DNA from: a virus
Virus record (IMG/VR): IMGVR_UViG_3300017824_001452
Length of the DNA stretch: 64,000 bases
Strand: one strand, 5' to 3'
The translations under genes were made by a program, and so were the position numbers. The notes below the pieces were generated by a model. The model saw only the letters and a program-made list of their open reading frames with translations, was not told where the DNA came from and made no database searches. Of this stretch, positions 38,032 to 46,796 are shown piece after piece (the first letter of the stretch is position 1; every line of letters begins with the position of its first letter).

Positions 38032-38517
38032 ATGACAAAGAAACTTGAAGAATTATTTGATATTGCATCCAGTGAAGAAAATGAACTGAATGAACCTATT
38101 CCAGGGGTAGCAGAAGAAGTTACTAAAGAAGCATTGACTAATTTAGAAAAGATTGAAACTGCTTTACCTACAGTAAGAGGACTAGAAGCATCAGACAGAG
38201 AAATGGATGAACTGAGTAAGAAAGCAGAAACTAGTTTCCAAGACTTAATGGACTTAGGAATGCAAGTTGATTCACGTTTTAGCGGAGACATTTTTAGTGT
38301 TGCTAGTAATATGTTAAATCATGCTATAACCGCTAAAACTGCTAAGTTAAACAAGAAGTTAAAGATGATTGATCTACAATTAAAGAAAGCAACATTAGAT
38401 CAACGTCAAGCAAAAATGGAAGAAAAAATAGATAATATACCTTTAGGGGACGGTGCTCAAAATTTAGACCGCAATGAATTACTACGAGTATTAACGTCAA
38501 AAAACACAGAGGAATGA
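38032..38517 (+). CDS. terminase small subunit (gp16-like)
   Basis: Helical pattern similar to gp16; leaderless late promoter 38021-38026. Confidence 0.5.
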   Translation: MTKKLEELFDIASSEENELNEPIPGVAEEVTKEALTNLEKIETALPTVRGLEASDREMDELSKKAETSFQDLMDLGMQVDSRFSGDIFSVASNMLNHAITAKTAKLNKKLKMIDLQLKKATLDQRQAKMEEKIDNIPLGDGAQNLDRNELLRVLTSKNTEE

Positions 38518-38545
38518 TAAATATATTATACGGGAACTATACAAT

Positions 38546-39172
38546 ATGAAAAGTTTAAAACATTACATTGCAGAGTCAGTCCACACTTATGATTGCACAA
38601 TCAAACTTGCTGGTGACTGTAGTAAAAATTTCTTAGAGTTATTTAAACATAACTTAAATAAGTTTGAGCCTAAATCAATTAAAGGGCCAACTTCAACTCC
38701 TATTATGAAATCACCATATGGTTTTCCTAATTTATCAAACGAACCAGTACACATCTTTAAGTGTGAGTTTGCATATCCCGTAACAGAACCAATGGTACAA
38801 CAATTAGCACAATTGTTAGGTCACAATATTAATTACGTAAGAATGGTCAATACAGCATTTGATGATAGCATCGATAAAGAACTTGTCGGCTACGAAAATG
38901 AAATGAAAGACACACCTCTCTTACAAAATGAAGAAATGAATGACAATGGAAAAGAAGCCAGTGAAGAATATGGTGATAAGTACTTAGACAGCATTCATAA
39001 ACATGCAGAACATAAAAACGTAGGTAAAGTAGGTTTGCCTGCTGATCAAAAGAACACTAAAGATGCTTTTGATCCTTGGAAGCCATGGTCAGATGATTCA
39101 ATTAAAGGTCAAAAGAGTCCGATGACTGACGTTAAAAGAGGACCCAAGCCTGAAACATCAGCAGGGTACTAA
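38546..39172 (+). CDS. putative internal head protein
   Basis: MKSLKHYIAE resembles the T4 capsid-targeting sequence; late promoter 38518-38523. Confidence 0.55.
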   Translation: MKSLKHYIAESVHTYDCTIKLAGDCSKNFLELFKHNLNKFEPKSIKGPTSTPIMKSPYGFPNLSNEPVHIFKCEFAYPVTEPMVQQLAQLLGHNINYVRMVNTAFDDSIDKELVGYENEMKDTPLLQNEEMNDNGKEASEEYGDKYLDSIHKHAEHKNVGKVGLPADQKNTKDAFDPWKPWSDDSIKGQKSPMTDVKRGPKPETSAGY

Positions 39173-39182
39173 GGAAGACATT

Positions 39183-42100
39183 ATGGATTTTAAAGACATC
39201 TTAAACAAATTCGACAAAGCATCAAAAGAAGAATCTATTGTCGAAACTACTCCTAAAAGACCAGCAAACATGTTGACTGAATCAACAGAGTCTGGTGAAG
39301 TTGTAGAAGTTGTTGAAGGAGTTCAAGTACCTTCATTAAAAAATATGTTTGAAGAACTTTCACTAGAACCAGCAAAGCCTGGTGCACAAACAATTCATAA
39401 AGACGGTGAAGTAATCGGAACTGTTTCTAATCCAGCAGTTGCTAATCAAATGTCACAAGCAATCGACAAAGGCGAATTACAAATCGGTCAAGAAATGCAA
39501 GAAGCAGAACAACTTGACGAACTTGCTCCTTTAGCGGCATTAGGGCCAGCACTTATGACTGGTGCTAGAGTGGCAGGTCCTTGGTTAGCAAAACGTGGCG
39601 CTCAAATGATTAGTGGAGTCGCCAGAGGCGCAGGTAACTATGCTAAAAAGAACCCAATCAAAACTGCTGTAGGTACAGGGGTAGCCGGCACAGAGCAAGG
39701 TAGAGAACTTGCAGGCAACGTCAAAGACGGCGCTGTCGGAATGTATAACTTAACCAACACAACATTTGAAAAAATGAATGATATGATCGATTCAGGTAAA
39801 CACACGTTTGACCAAGCCTCTCAAAAAATTGCAGACTTAGGTGACGGCGCAGGTGGTATGATTAGAGGCGCAATCGGTGATGCCGCATTTGATACAGTTA
39901 AAAGAACAGCATCAACATATGGTCTTCCTTTACTAGCCGCAGTAGCATTACTATACGGCGGAAAGAAAGTTTTAGATAAAGTAATGGACAAAGACGAAGA
40001 TACTGTTAGAGAAGCAAAAGATTGGATCTCGGGTGCTATCAAAGACCCAGGTGCATTCTCAGCAAAAGCAAAAAGACATGGAATGACAACTAAAGCATTT
40101 GCTAATCACGTATTAGCAAACAAAGATGATTTCCCTGCAAAAACAGAAAAACAAGCAAATCTTGCTAAAACATTAGGCAAGATGAAAGAGGGCGAAATGC
40201 CCCCACAAGGTCCAGGACAAGCATCTCCTTTAACATTTGAAGGTGCTCAAAATCCACCGGATGACGGTTCACATAATTCATCTAACGATGAAAAAGGCAA
40301 CGCCGCGGCAAACGCCGCATTGGCAGCCAACGATGCTGATACACCGCAACTTGTAAAAGAAAAAGCAAAAGGTAAAGTAAGCAAGTCGAGTAAATTACCT
40401 AGTATTTCAAAAGTGAAATCTATGTGTAACGAAGGGCTGTCTACTAAAGAAATACAACAACTGCACCCTAAGTGCAACCAACAAGAACTTAATATTATGA
40501 TTAAAAATACTAAAACAAACTTAAAAGAAGGCGCAGATCACATTCTGAAGGCCGCAAAGCACATGGGTCATGCTCATGGTTTATGTAAAGGATCTTATGC
40601 ATGTCCACATGATGCAGGTTCTGAAGGTGCAAGAGCATACCACGAAGGCTACAAAAAAGGTCTTGACGAAGCATGTGGCATGGGAATCAAAAACGAACCA
40701 ATCGCAGGTATGGAAGAAGGCGTACTCGGTGGAGTAGGCGGTGCTATTGCAGGATCTAAATTAGGTGGCATGGCAGGCACAGCAATCGGTGGTTCAATCG
40801 GTGGCGTTCCTGGAGCAACTATAGGTAAGGCAGCAGGCGCGGCACTAGGTGGAATCGCAGGTGATAAATTAACAGGCGACGGCATCTTTGAAGAACCAGC
40901 AGATGAAGTTGTAGATACTATGGCATCTTACGGTGCAATGGGCGAAGCAGAATCTTCACCAGACGGAGACGTTGGTGCTGATGATGACGGTGCATATGAC
41001 AAATATGACTGGGACGCACAAACTGTAGCACGTAAAGGCATTGACGAAGATGAAATGGAAGAAGGTAATGCATTTACAGGCGCAATGGCAGGAAAAGAAA
41101 AAGGTGAAAAGTTCACAGTAGGCGACAAAACATTTACAAAAACATCAGAAGCCGCTACATTAGAAGAAGATGAGTGGACTTTTGAGTCTTTAGAAAAAGA
41201 ATTAAACTCACACTTAGTCGAAAGCACAGAAGAATCAAAAGAACAACTTGACGAAGGCTATACAATGTCTATTACTCAAGGCGAAGAAAATCAGCCAGAC
41301 AGAGTAAGTGTTAATGCCACAGATGCAGAAGCAGACAAGTTAATCAAGTTTGTTAAAGACGTAGGCTTAGGTAACTATGGTGATGCAGAAGTATTAGATG
41401 CACCAGGTGAAGTTGCAGACGTATCATTTTATGGTAGCCCTGAAGTAGAAGTAGAGCCTCAAAGTTCACACGATGACATGCTCAAGTTAATGGGTATTGT
41501 AGACGTAGACGGTGACTATGAAGATGAAGTAGAAGCACCCGGCGTAACAGACGTTGACGTACAAGTAGATGAAAAGTCATGTGACGAATGTGGTGGCGGA
41601 CATAGCATGGAAGAAGGCTGTGGAGACAAAGCATACGAAGATCAAGGTTATGATGACAAAGAAGATGAGTCATTAGGTATGAGAACTGGTAAAGAATCAG
41701 GTAAAAAACAGTCTATGAAAGACCGTAGAGATGATTCTTATGGTAAGTTCGGTAAACGTGACTCTGAACATAGAGATGTTTCATTAGAAGAACAAGAAAA
41801 AGATGCAGGATTATACGACAAGTATGATTGGGACGCATCTACAGTTGCTAAAAAAGGCATTGACGAAGAATCTGATGCTGAAAGAGACGATCATGCAGAA
41901 CGTGCAGGTAAAGAAGTTGCACGACACGCAAAGTACGACGGTCGTAAGCACCCAGGAAGAGATGGTGAAGACATCGTTAAAGATTTAGAATACGATGACT
42001 GGAAAGATAAGCATCATATGGAAGAAGATCAAGGCTATGATGACAAAGAAGATGAGTCATTAGGTATGAGAACTGGTAAAGAGTCTGATAAGAAGCAAAG

Positions 42101-42926
42101 TATGAAAGATCGTAGAGATGATTCATATGGTAAGTTTGGTAAGAGAGATGAAGAACATAGAGAAAAATCTTTAGAAGAAACTCTTGCTCAGTTAGATGAA
42201 CTTGCTCAGTTAGATGAAAAGCAAGGTTATGATGACAGAGAAGACGAACAACTAGGTATGAAAGACGGCAAAGAATCTGATAAGAAACAATCAATGAAAG
42301 ATCGCCGTGATGATTCACGTGGTAAGTTTGGTAAAAGAGATAAAGAAGATGACAATAAACCTCGTTCTTTAGAAGAAAATCTTAGAACTTTAGACTTATT
42401 AGCAGAAGTAGGCGCAGAAACTTCAGAAGAACCTACTCAACCATTATCACAACATGATGATGAGAGACTTTTAACTAAAGAAGGCGCAGAGGATGCCCCT
42501 AAGGACTCTATAAACGATGGTGAGAACGAAGAAATCACTGAGATGGAAACTGATGCTCAAAGAGAATTCAAAGTAGCAGAAGGTGAAGATAAGCCAGACT
42601 TTGCTGACATCGATGATGATGGCGACAAAGATGAGTCTATGAAAAAAGCCGCTAAAGATAAGAAAGAAAAAGTTGATGAATGGGCAAATGATGCAGGTAA
42701 GAAAGGTACTGATACAGCATTTGAACAAGACATTGAGTTTATGACTAAAGTTATCTCTGGTGGTCTTAACAAGCAGAAGTCAACAGGTCAAACAACTATC
42801 CCAGTTATTGCTGGTCAAGAAGACAGAATGGGATATAATGGTGCTGACGTTGTTAAAGAGGGTTCTGTTGTTTCATCTAATGGATTCGCAACTATTTTAA
42901 ACAAGTTAGATAGTATCAAAGAATAA
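39183..42926 (+). CDS. modular internal head polyprotein (putative prohead-protease substrate)
   Basis: Many hydrophobic-x-E sites bounding distinct and repeated modules; acidic linkers. Confidence 0.65.
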   Translation: MDFKDILNKFDKASKEESIVETTPKRPANMLTESTESGEVVEVVEGVQVPSLKNMFEELSLEPAKPGAQTIHKDGEVIGTVSNPAVANQMSQAIDKGELQIGQEMQEAEQLDELAPLAALGPALMTGARVAGPWLAKRGAQMISGVARGAGNYAKKNPIKTAVGTGVAGTEQGRELAGNVKDGAVGMYNLTNTTFEKMNDMIDSGKHTFDQASQKIADLGDGAGGMIRGAIGDAAFDTVKRTASTYGLPLLAAVALLYGGKKVLDKVMDKDEDTVREAKDWISGAIKDPGAFSAKAKRHGMTTKAFANHVLANKDDFPAKTEKQANLAKTLGKMKEGEMPPQGPGQASPLTFEGAQNPPDDGSHNSSNDEKGNAAANAALAANDADTPQLVKEKAKGKVSKSSKLPSISKVKSMCNEGLSTKEIQQLHPKCNQQELNIMIKNTKTNLKEGADHILKAAKHMGHAHGLCKGSYACPHDAGSEGARAYHEGYKKGLDEACGMGIKNEPIAGMEEGVLGGVGGAIAGSKLGGMAGTAIGGSIGGVPGATIGKAAGAALGGIAGDKLTGDGIFEEPADEVVDTMASYGAMGEAESSPDGDVGADDDGAYDKYDWDAQTVARKGIDEDEMEEGNAFTGAMAGKEKGEKFTVGDKTFTKTSEAATLEEDEWTFESLEKELNSHLVESTEESKEQLDEGYTMSITQGEENQPDRVSVNATDAEADKLIKFVKDVGLGNYGDAEVLDAPGEVADVSFYGSPEVEVEPQSSHDDMLKLMGIVDVDGDYEDEVEAPGVTDVDVQVDEKSCDECGGGHSMEEGCGDKAYEDQGYDDKEDESLGMRTGKESGKKQSMKDRRDDSYGKFGKRDSEHRDVSLEEQEKDAGLYDKYDWDASTVAKKGIDEESDAERDDHAERAGKEVARHAKYDGRKHPGRDGEDIVKDLEYDDWKDKHHMEEDQGYDDKEDESLGMRTGKESDKKQSMKDRRDDSYGKFGKRDEEHREKSLEETLAQLDELAQLDEKQGYDDREDEQLGMKDGKESDKKQSMKDRRDDSRGKFGKRDKEDDNKPRSLEENLRTLDLLAEVGAETSEEPTQPLSQHDDERLLTKEGAEDAPKDSINDGENEEITEMETDAQREFKVAEGEDKPDFADIDDDGDKDESMKKAAKDKKEKVDEWANDAGKKGTDTAFEQDIEFMTKVISGGLNKQKSTGQTTIPVIAGQEDRMGYNGADVVKEGSVVSSNGFATILNKLDSIKE
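41640..42377 (+). repeat. three copies of a 51-53-aa QGYDD...GKFGKRD module
   Basis: 41640-41792, 42027-42179, 42219-42377; plus exact 18-nt tandem CTTGCTCAGTTAGATGAA x2 at 42183-42218. Confidence 0.95.
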
Positions 42927-42949
42927 AAATAAAACGTTGTACCCCGTTT

Positions 42950-42978
42950 AAATACCCGGCTCTGTCGGGTATTTTTTT
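42950..42978 (+). terminator. intrinsic terminator
   Basis: AAATACCCGGC-TCT-GTCGGGTATTT-TTTT. Confidence 0.88.
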
Positions 42979-43032
42979 ATCTAAGTAATAAGAACTAAGA
43001 TTGATAAATACTAATATTAGGATAGAATTACT

Positions 43033-46000
43033 ATGGCACAAAGAAATATTGACTTCGGAGCATTCCCTGACGATCCAGATGCAGATGCAATACGATCGGC
43101 GTTTGAAAAAGTTCAGTTAAATTTTACAGAAGTATTTGCAGGACTAGGTGATCAAGCAGTTGTCTCAGTCAATAAAACTGCAGGACCTGGCATATATTTA
43201 GTTAATGGTTCTCCAGTAGGTAATGTTGTATTAGGTGCAAACATTGCTTGTGTACAGTTTTCTTCAACAACATTATCAGTAGGTCGTTCACCGGGTACAG
43301 GTCCAGGTTCTGCGACTATTACTGATTCTACTCAAACATTATATATTGATTTACCTAACACAATAGCAAACGTTACTGACGTTGTAGTATCAAATAGTGT
43401 ACAAGGCAACGCAATTATAGGTAATCTATCAGGTGATTTTGGATACGTATTAGCAAATGCATCATCTGGAAATGGTAATATAGATGCTAACAATATAACA
43501 TTGACAGGTGCTGTTGTAGCATCTAATGTTAGTGGTAATGGTGCTGGGTTATCAGCACTCACAGGTTCAAATGTAACTGGACAAGTAGGGAACGCATTAG
43601 TTGCAGGTACAGTGTACACTGCGGCGCAACCTAACATTACTTCAGTAGGAACTTTAACAACACTAGATGTAATGTCAACAGTAACTGCAACAGCATTTAC
43701 TGCAAATACAGGTTTATTTACTGGCGACGGCGGTGGTTTATCAAACATCGTTGGTGCAAATGTAACAGGAGAAGTTACTAACTCTGCGACAGCAAACGCA
43801 GTAGCAGGCGCAAACGTAAGTGGAGAAGTAGCATTCTCCGCAGTAGCAAATTCAGTAGCAGGATCAAATGTATCTGGTGCAGTCTCATTCGCAACAACTG
43901 CTAATGCAGTCGCCGGAGCAAATGTCTCTGGTGAAGTCGCATTTGCCGCTACAGCAAATAGTGTTGCTGGCGCAAACATATCAGGCGAAGTTGCATTCGC
44001 CGCTACTGCTAATTCAGTTGCAGGTTCTAATGTCAGCGGCGAAGTATCATTTGCACAAGTAGCAAATTCAGTCGCAGGTGCAAACGTAACAGGTGAAGTA
44101 AGTTTTGCAAGTACTGCAAATAGTGTTGCAGGAGCAAATGTCTCAGGCGCAGTAGCCAATGCTACACATGCATTATCAGCAGACTCAGCAAATGCAGTAG
44201 CAGGTGCTAACGTAACTGGTGAAGTAGGTTTTGCGGCTGTTTCAAATTCAGTAGCAGGATCAAATGTTTCAGGTGAAGTCGGATTTGCCGCAGTTGCTAA
44301 TAGTGTTGCTGGTGCAAATGTAACTGGTGAAGTATCAAATGCCGCAACTGCAAATGCAGTCGATGGCGCCAACGTATCGGGTACGGTTGCAAATGCTACA
44401 CATGCAACCACAGCAAATACGGTAGTTGATGCGGTACAATCAAATATTACAACTGTAGGTACATTAAGTTCATTAGATGTATCAGGCAATCTTAGTGCTG
44501 GCAATGTAACAACAACTGGTACATTTACTGGTGATGGTGGTGGTTTATCAAACATCTCTGTATCAACAGGATCTTATATCGAAAACGGTACAAGTGAAGC
44601 AAGACTTGACACTGACGGTCCTTTCAGAGTTACAGTTGGTGGAACTGCAAACGTATTACAAGTTAACAATACAGGTACAGAAGTAGCAGTAACAGGCTCA
44701 ATGTCTGTATCAGGTGGATTTGATAACAACATAGACTTTAACAGCACATCTAATTTAGGGCCAGTAGGCAACGTAACAATTACAGGTGGTGCTACTGGAG
44801 CATTCTTAATGACAGATGGCTCTGGTACTTTAACATGGGACACAGCAACTTTAGTTCCAGCACAAGGCGCAGATACACAAATTATATTCAATGACGGTGG
44901 AAGTACATATGCCGGTAACACTGGACTAACGTTCAATAAAACATCAGGTAATGTGGCAATACCAGGCAACTTAGCAGTAACAAGTGCTGTATCTGGTACA
45001 ACACTTGAAGGAAGTTTATTAACAAATGCACAACCAAACATTACAAGCCTTGGTACATTAACAAGTTTAATTTTAAGTGGTAATCTCAATACTAACAGTG
45101 ATCTTATCACTAACGCAGGTAACATTACAATTGCTAGTGGTACAGGATCATTTATAGGAAATGGTGCAGGATTAACAAATATTACAGGAGCAAACGTAAG
45201 TGAAGTTCCTTTAGCAACATTAGCAACTACTGCTACAACAGCAAACGCAGTTGCAGGTGCTAATGTATCAGGAGAAGTTCCCTTTGCACAAGTAGCCAAT
45301 TCAGTTGCTGGTGCAAATGTTTCAGGCGAAGTTGCATTCGCCGCTACTGCTAACTCAGTAGCAGGTGCTAACGTTTCTGGAGCAGTTGCAAGTGCTACTA
45401 CAGCAACAACTGCCACAACAGCAGATACCGTAACAACAGCATCACAACCCAACATCACTAGTGTTGGAACGTTATCGTCATTATCTGTTACAGGTAATGT
45501 GTCTGCAGGAAATGTATCGGGCACTGGTGGTGTCTTTACATACGTATCAGGAGATGGCGCTAACTTAACAGCAATAGACGGACAACAAGTTACAGGTGAA
45601 GTAGACTTTGCACAAGTAGCAAATAGTGTCGCAGGTGCTAATGTATCAGGGACTGTCGCATTAGCAACAACCGCAGGAACTGTGTCTACATCAGCACAGC
45701 CAAACATCACATCTGTTGGAACTTTAACAGTATTAGGTGTAAATGGTATTGTAACAGCACAATCGTTTACAGCAAATACAGGGTTATTTAACGGTGATGG
45801 TGGTGGACTATCTAATGTGGCGGCAGCCAATATTAGTGGTATAGTAGCAAACGCAACATATGCAACATCAGCAGGTAGTGCGGCATTAGCATTAGATATT
45901 ACAGGAGCAACACAACCTAATATTACTAGTGTAGGCACACTAACAAGTTTAACAGTGTCTGGTAACATAACTAACCAGACTCACATTATTAAAGATGTAA

Positions 46001-46302
46001 CAACCGCAACAGCAGGTGGCACCGATCAATCAGGAGCAACAGCATTAAGTGGAGCAGATATATTCTCAGTTACTACACCTAGCAATAACAACGGTGTTAG
46101 ATTGATGGCTGCTACTCCTGGCTTATGTATATACATCAAAAATTTAGATCCAACAGATACATTAAAAGTATATCCAGCATCTAATGATGCGATTGACGGT
46201 AACGGAACTAATGGAGCAATGTCAATAGGTCCTTTAGGACAAATTCAATTTGTAGCCCACAGTTCATCACAATGGTATACTGTCGGCGCAACATATGCAT
46301 AA
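43033..46302 (+). CDS. tail/baseplate fibre protein with 18-aa tandem repeats
   Basis: N-terminal D.IRSAFEKV..NFTE anchor; VAGANVSGEVAFAATANS repeats; late promoter 43005-43010. Confidence 0.8.
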   Translation: MAQRNIDFGAFPDDPDADAIRSAFEKVQLNFTEVFAGLGDQAVVSVNKTAGPGIYLVNGSPVGNVVLGANIACVQFSSTTLSVGRSPGTGPGSATITDSTQTLYIDLPNTIANVTDVVVSNSVQGNAIIGNLSGDFGYVLANASSGNGNIDANNITLTGAVVASNVSGNGAGLSALTGSNVTGQVGNALVAGTVYTAAQPNITSVGTLTTLDVMSTVTATAFTANTGLFTGDGGGLSNIVGANVTGEVTNSATANAVAGANVSGEVAFSAVANSVAGSNVSGAVSFATTANAVAGANVSGEVAFAATANSVAGANISGEVAFAATANSVAGSNVSGEVSFAQVANSVAGANVTGEVSFASTANSVAGANVSGAVANATHALSADSANAVAGANVTGEVGFAAVSNSVAGSNVSGEVGFAAVANSVAGANVTGEVSNAATANAVDGANVSGTVANATHATTANTVVDAVQSNITTVGTLSSLDVSGNLSAGNVTTTGTFTGDGGGLSNISVSTGSYIENGTSEARLDTDGPFRVTVGGTANVLQVNNTGTEVAVTGSMSVSGGFDNNIDFNSTSNLGPVGNVTITGGATGAFLMTDGSGTLTWDTATLVPAQGADTQIIFNDGGSTYAGNTGLTFNKTSGNVAIPGNLAVTSAVSGTTLEGSLLTNAQPNITSLGTLTSLILSGNLNTNSDLITNAGNITIASGTGSFIGNGAGLTNITGANVSEVPLATLATTATTANAVAGANVSGEVPFAQVANSVAGANVSGEVAFAATANSVAGANVSGAVASATTATTATTADTVTTASQPNITSVGTLSSLSVTGNVSAGNVSGTGGVFTYVSGDGANLTAIDGQQVTGEVDFAQVANSVAGANVSGTVALATTAGTVSTSAQPNITSVGTLTVLGVNGIVTAQSFTANTGLFNGDGGGLSNVAAANISGIVANATYATSAGSAALALDITGATQPNITSVGTLTSLTVSGNITNQTHIIKDVTTATAGGTDQSGATALSGADIFSVTTPSNNNGVRLMAATPGLCIYIKNLDPTDTLKVYPASNDAIDGNGTNGAMSIGPLGQIQFVAHSSSQWYTVGATYA
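43750..44410 (+). repeat. ~12 tandem 54-nt (18-aa) coding repeats
   Basis: VAG(A/S)NV(S/T)GEVxFAxxANS; further copies near 45240-45390 and 45590-45660. Confidence 0.9.
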
Positions 46303-46334
46303 TGTTTTGCATCTTTAGAAAGGATAAAAAACAA

Positions 46335-46796
46335 ATGAAATTATCAAAGAATTTTACACTCACAGAGTTTGAAAAAAGTCAAACTGCTATACGTCAGGGT
46401 TTAGATAACACTATGCCTGAAGAACATTTAGAAAATGCAAAAGCATTATGTGAAAACGTATTACAAAAAGTAAGAGATCATTTTGGACCTGTAATTATTA
46501 ATAGTGGATATCGTGGATCTGCTCTTAATAAAGCAGTAGGTGGAAGTGCAAAATCACAACACTGTAAGGGTCAAGCCGCAGACATAGAAATACATGGAGT
46601 ATCTAATTACGATCTTGCTAAATGGATTGAAAAAAATACAGATTTTGATCAAGTAATTTTAGAATTCTACACTCCGGGTATACCTGATTCAGGTTGGGTG
46701 CATGTTACTTACAATACTGCAGGTAATAGAGGCAAGTCTTTAACTGCATCTAAAGTCGATGGCAGAACACATTATTCTTTAGGTCTCACTAAATGA
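46335..46796 (+). CDS. peptidase M15A (putative endolysin)
   Basis: LSKNFTLTEF, SGYR...LN.AVGG...SQH..G.AAD, WVH; AAGGA RBS supports ATG 46335. Confidence 0.85.
   Translation: MKLSKNFTLTEFEKSQTAIRQGLDNTMPEEHLENAKALCENVLQKVRDHFGPVIINSGYRGSALNKAVGGSAKSQHCKGQAADIEIHGVSNYDLAKWIEKNTDFDQVILEFYTPGIPDSGWVHVTYNTAGNRGKSLTASKVDGRTHYSLGLTK

Noticed and set aside
41640-44410. Repeats as a possible CRISPR array
   Set aside because: Repeats are in-frame coding units with synonymous variation, not identical repeats with unique spacers; no cas operon
43332-45968. Long antisense ORFs (407 and 464 aa)
   Set aside because: Shadow frames of the Ala/Gly/Thr/Val-rich repetitive fibre gene; no start signals and no independent motifs
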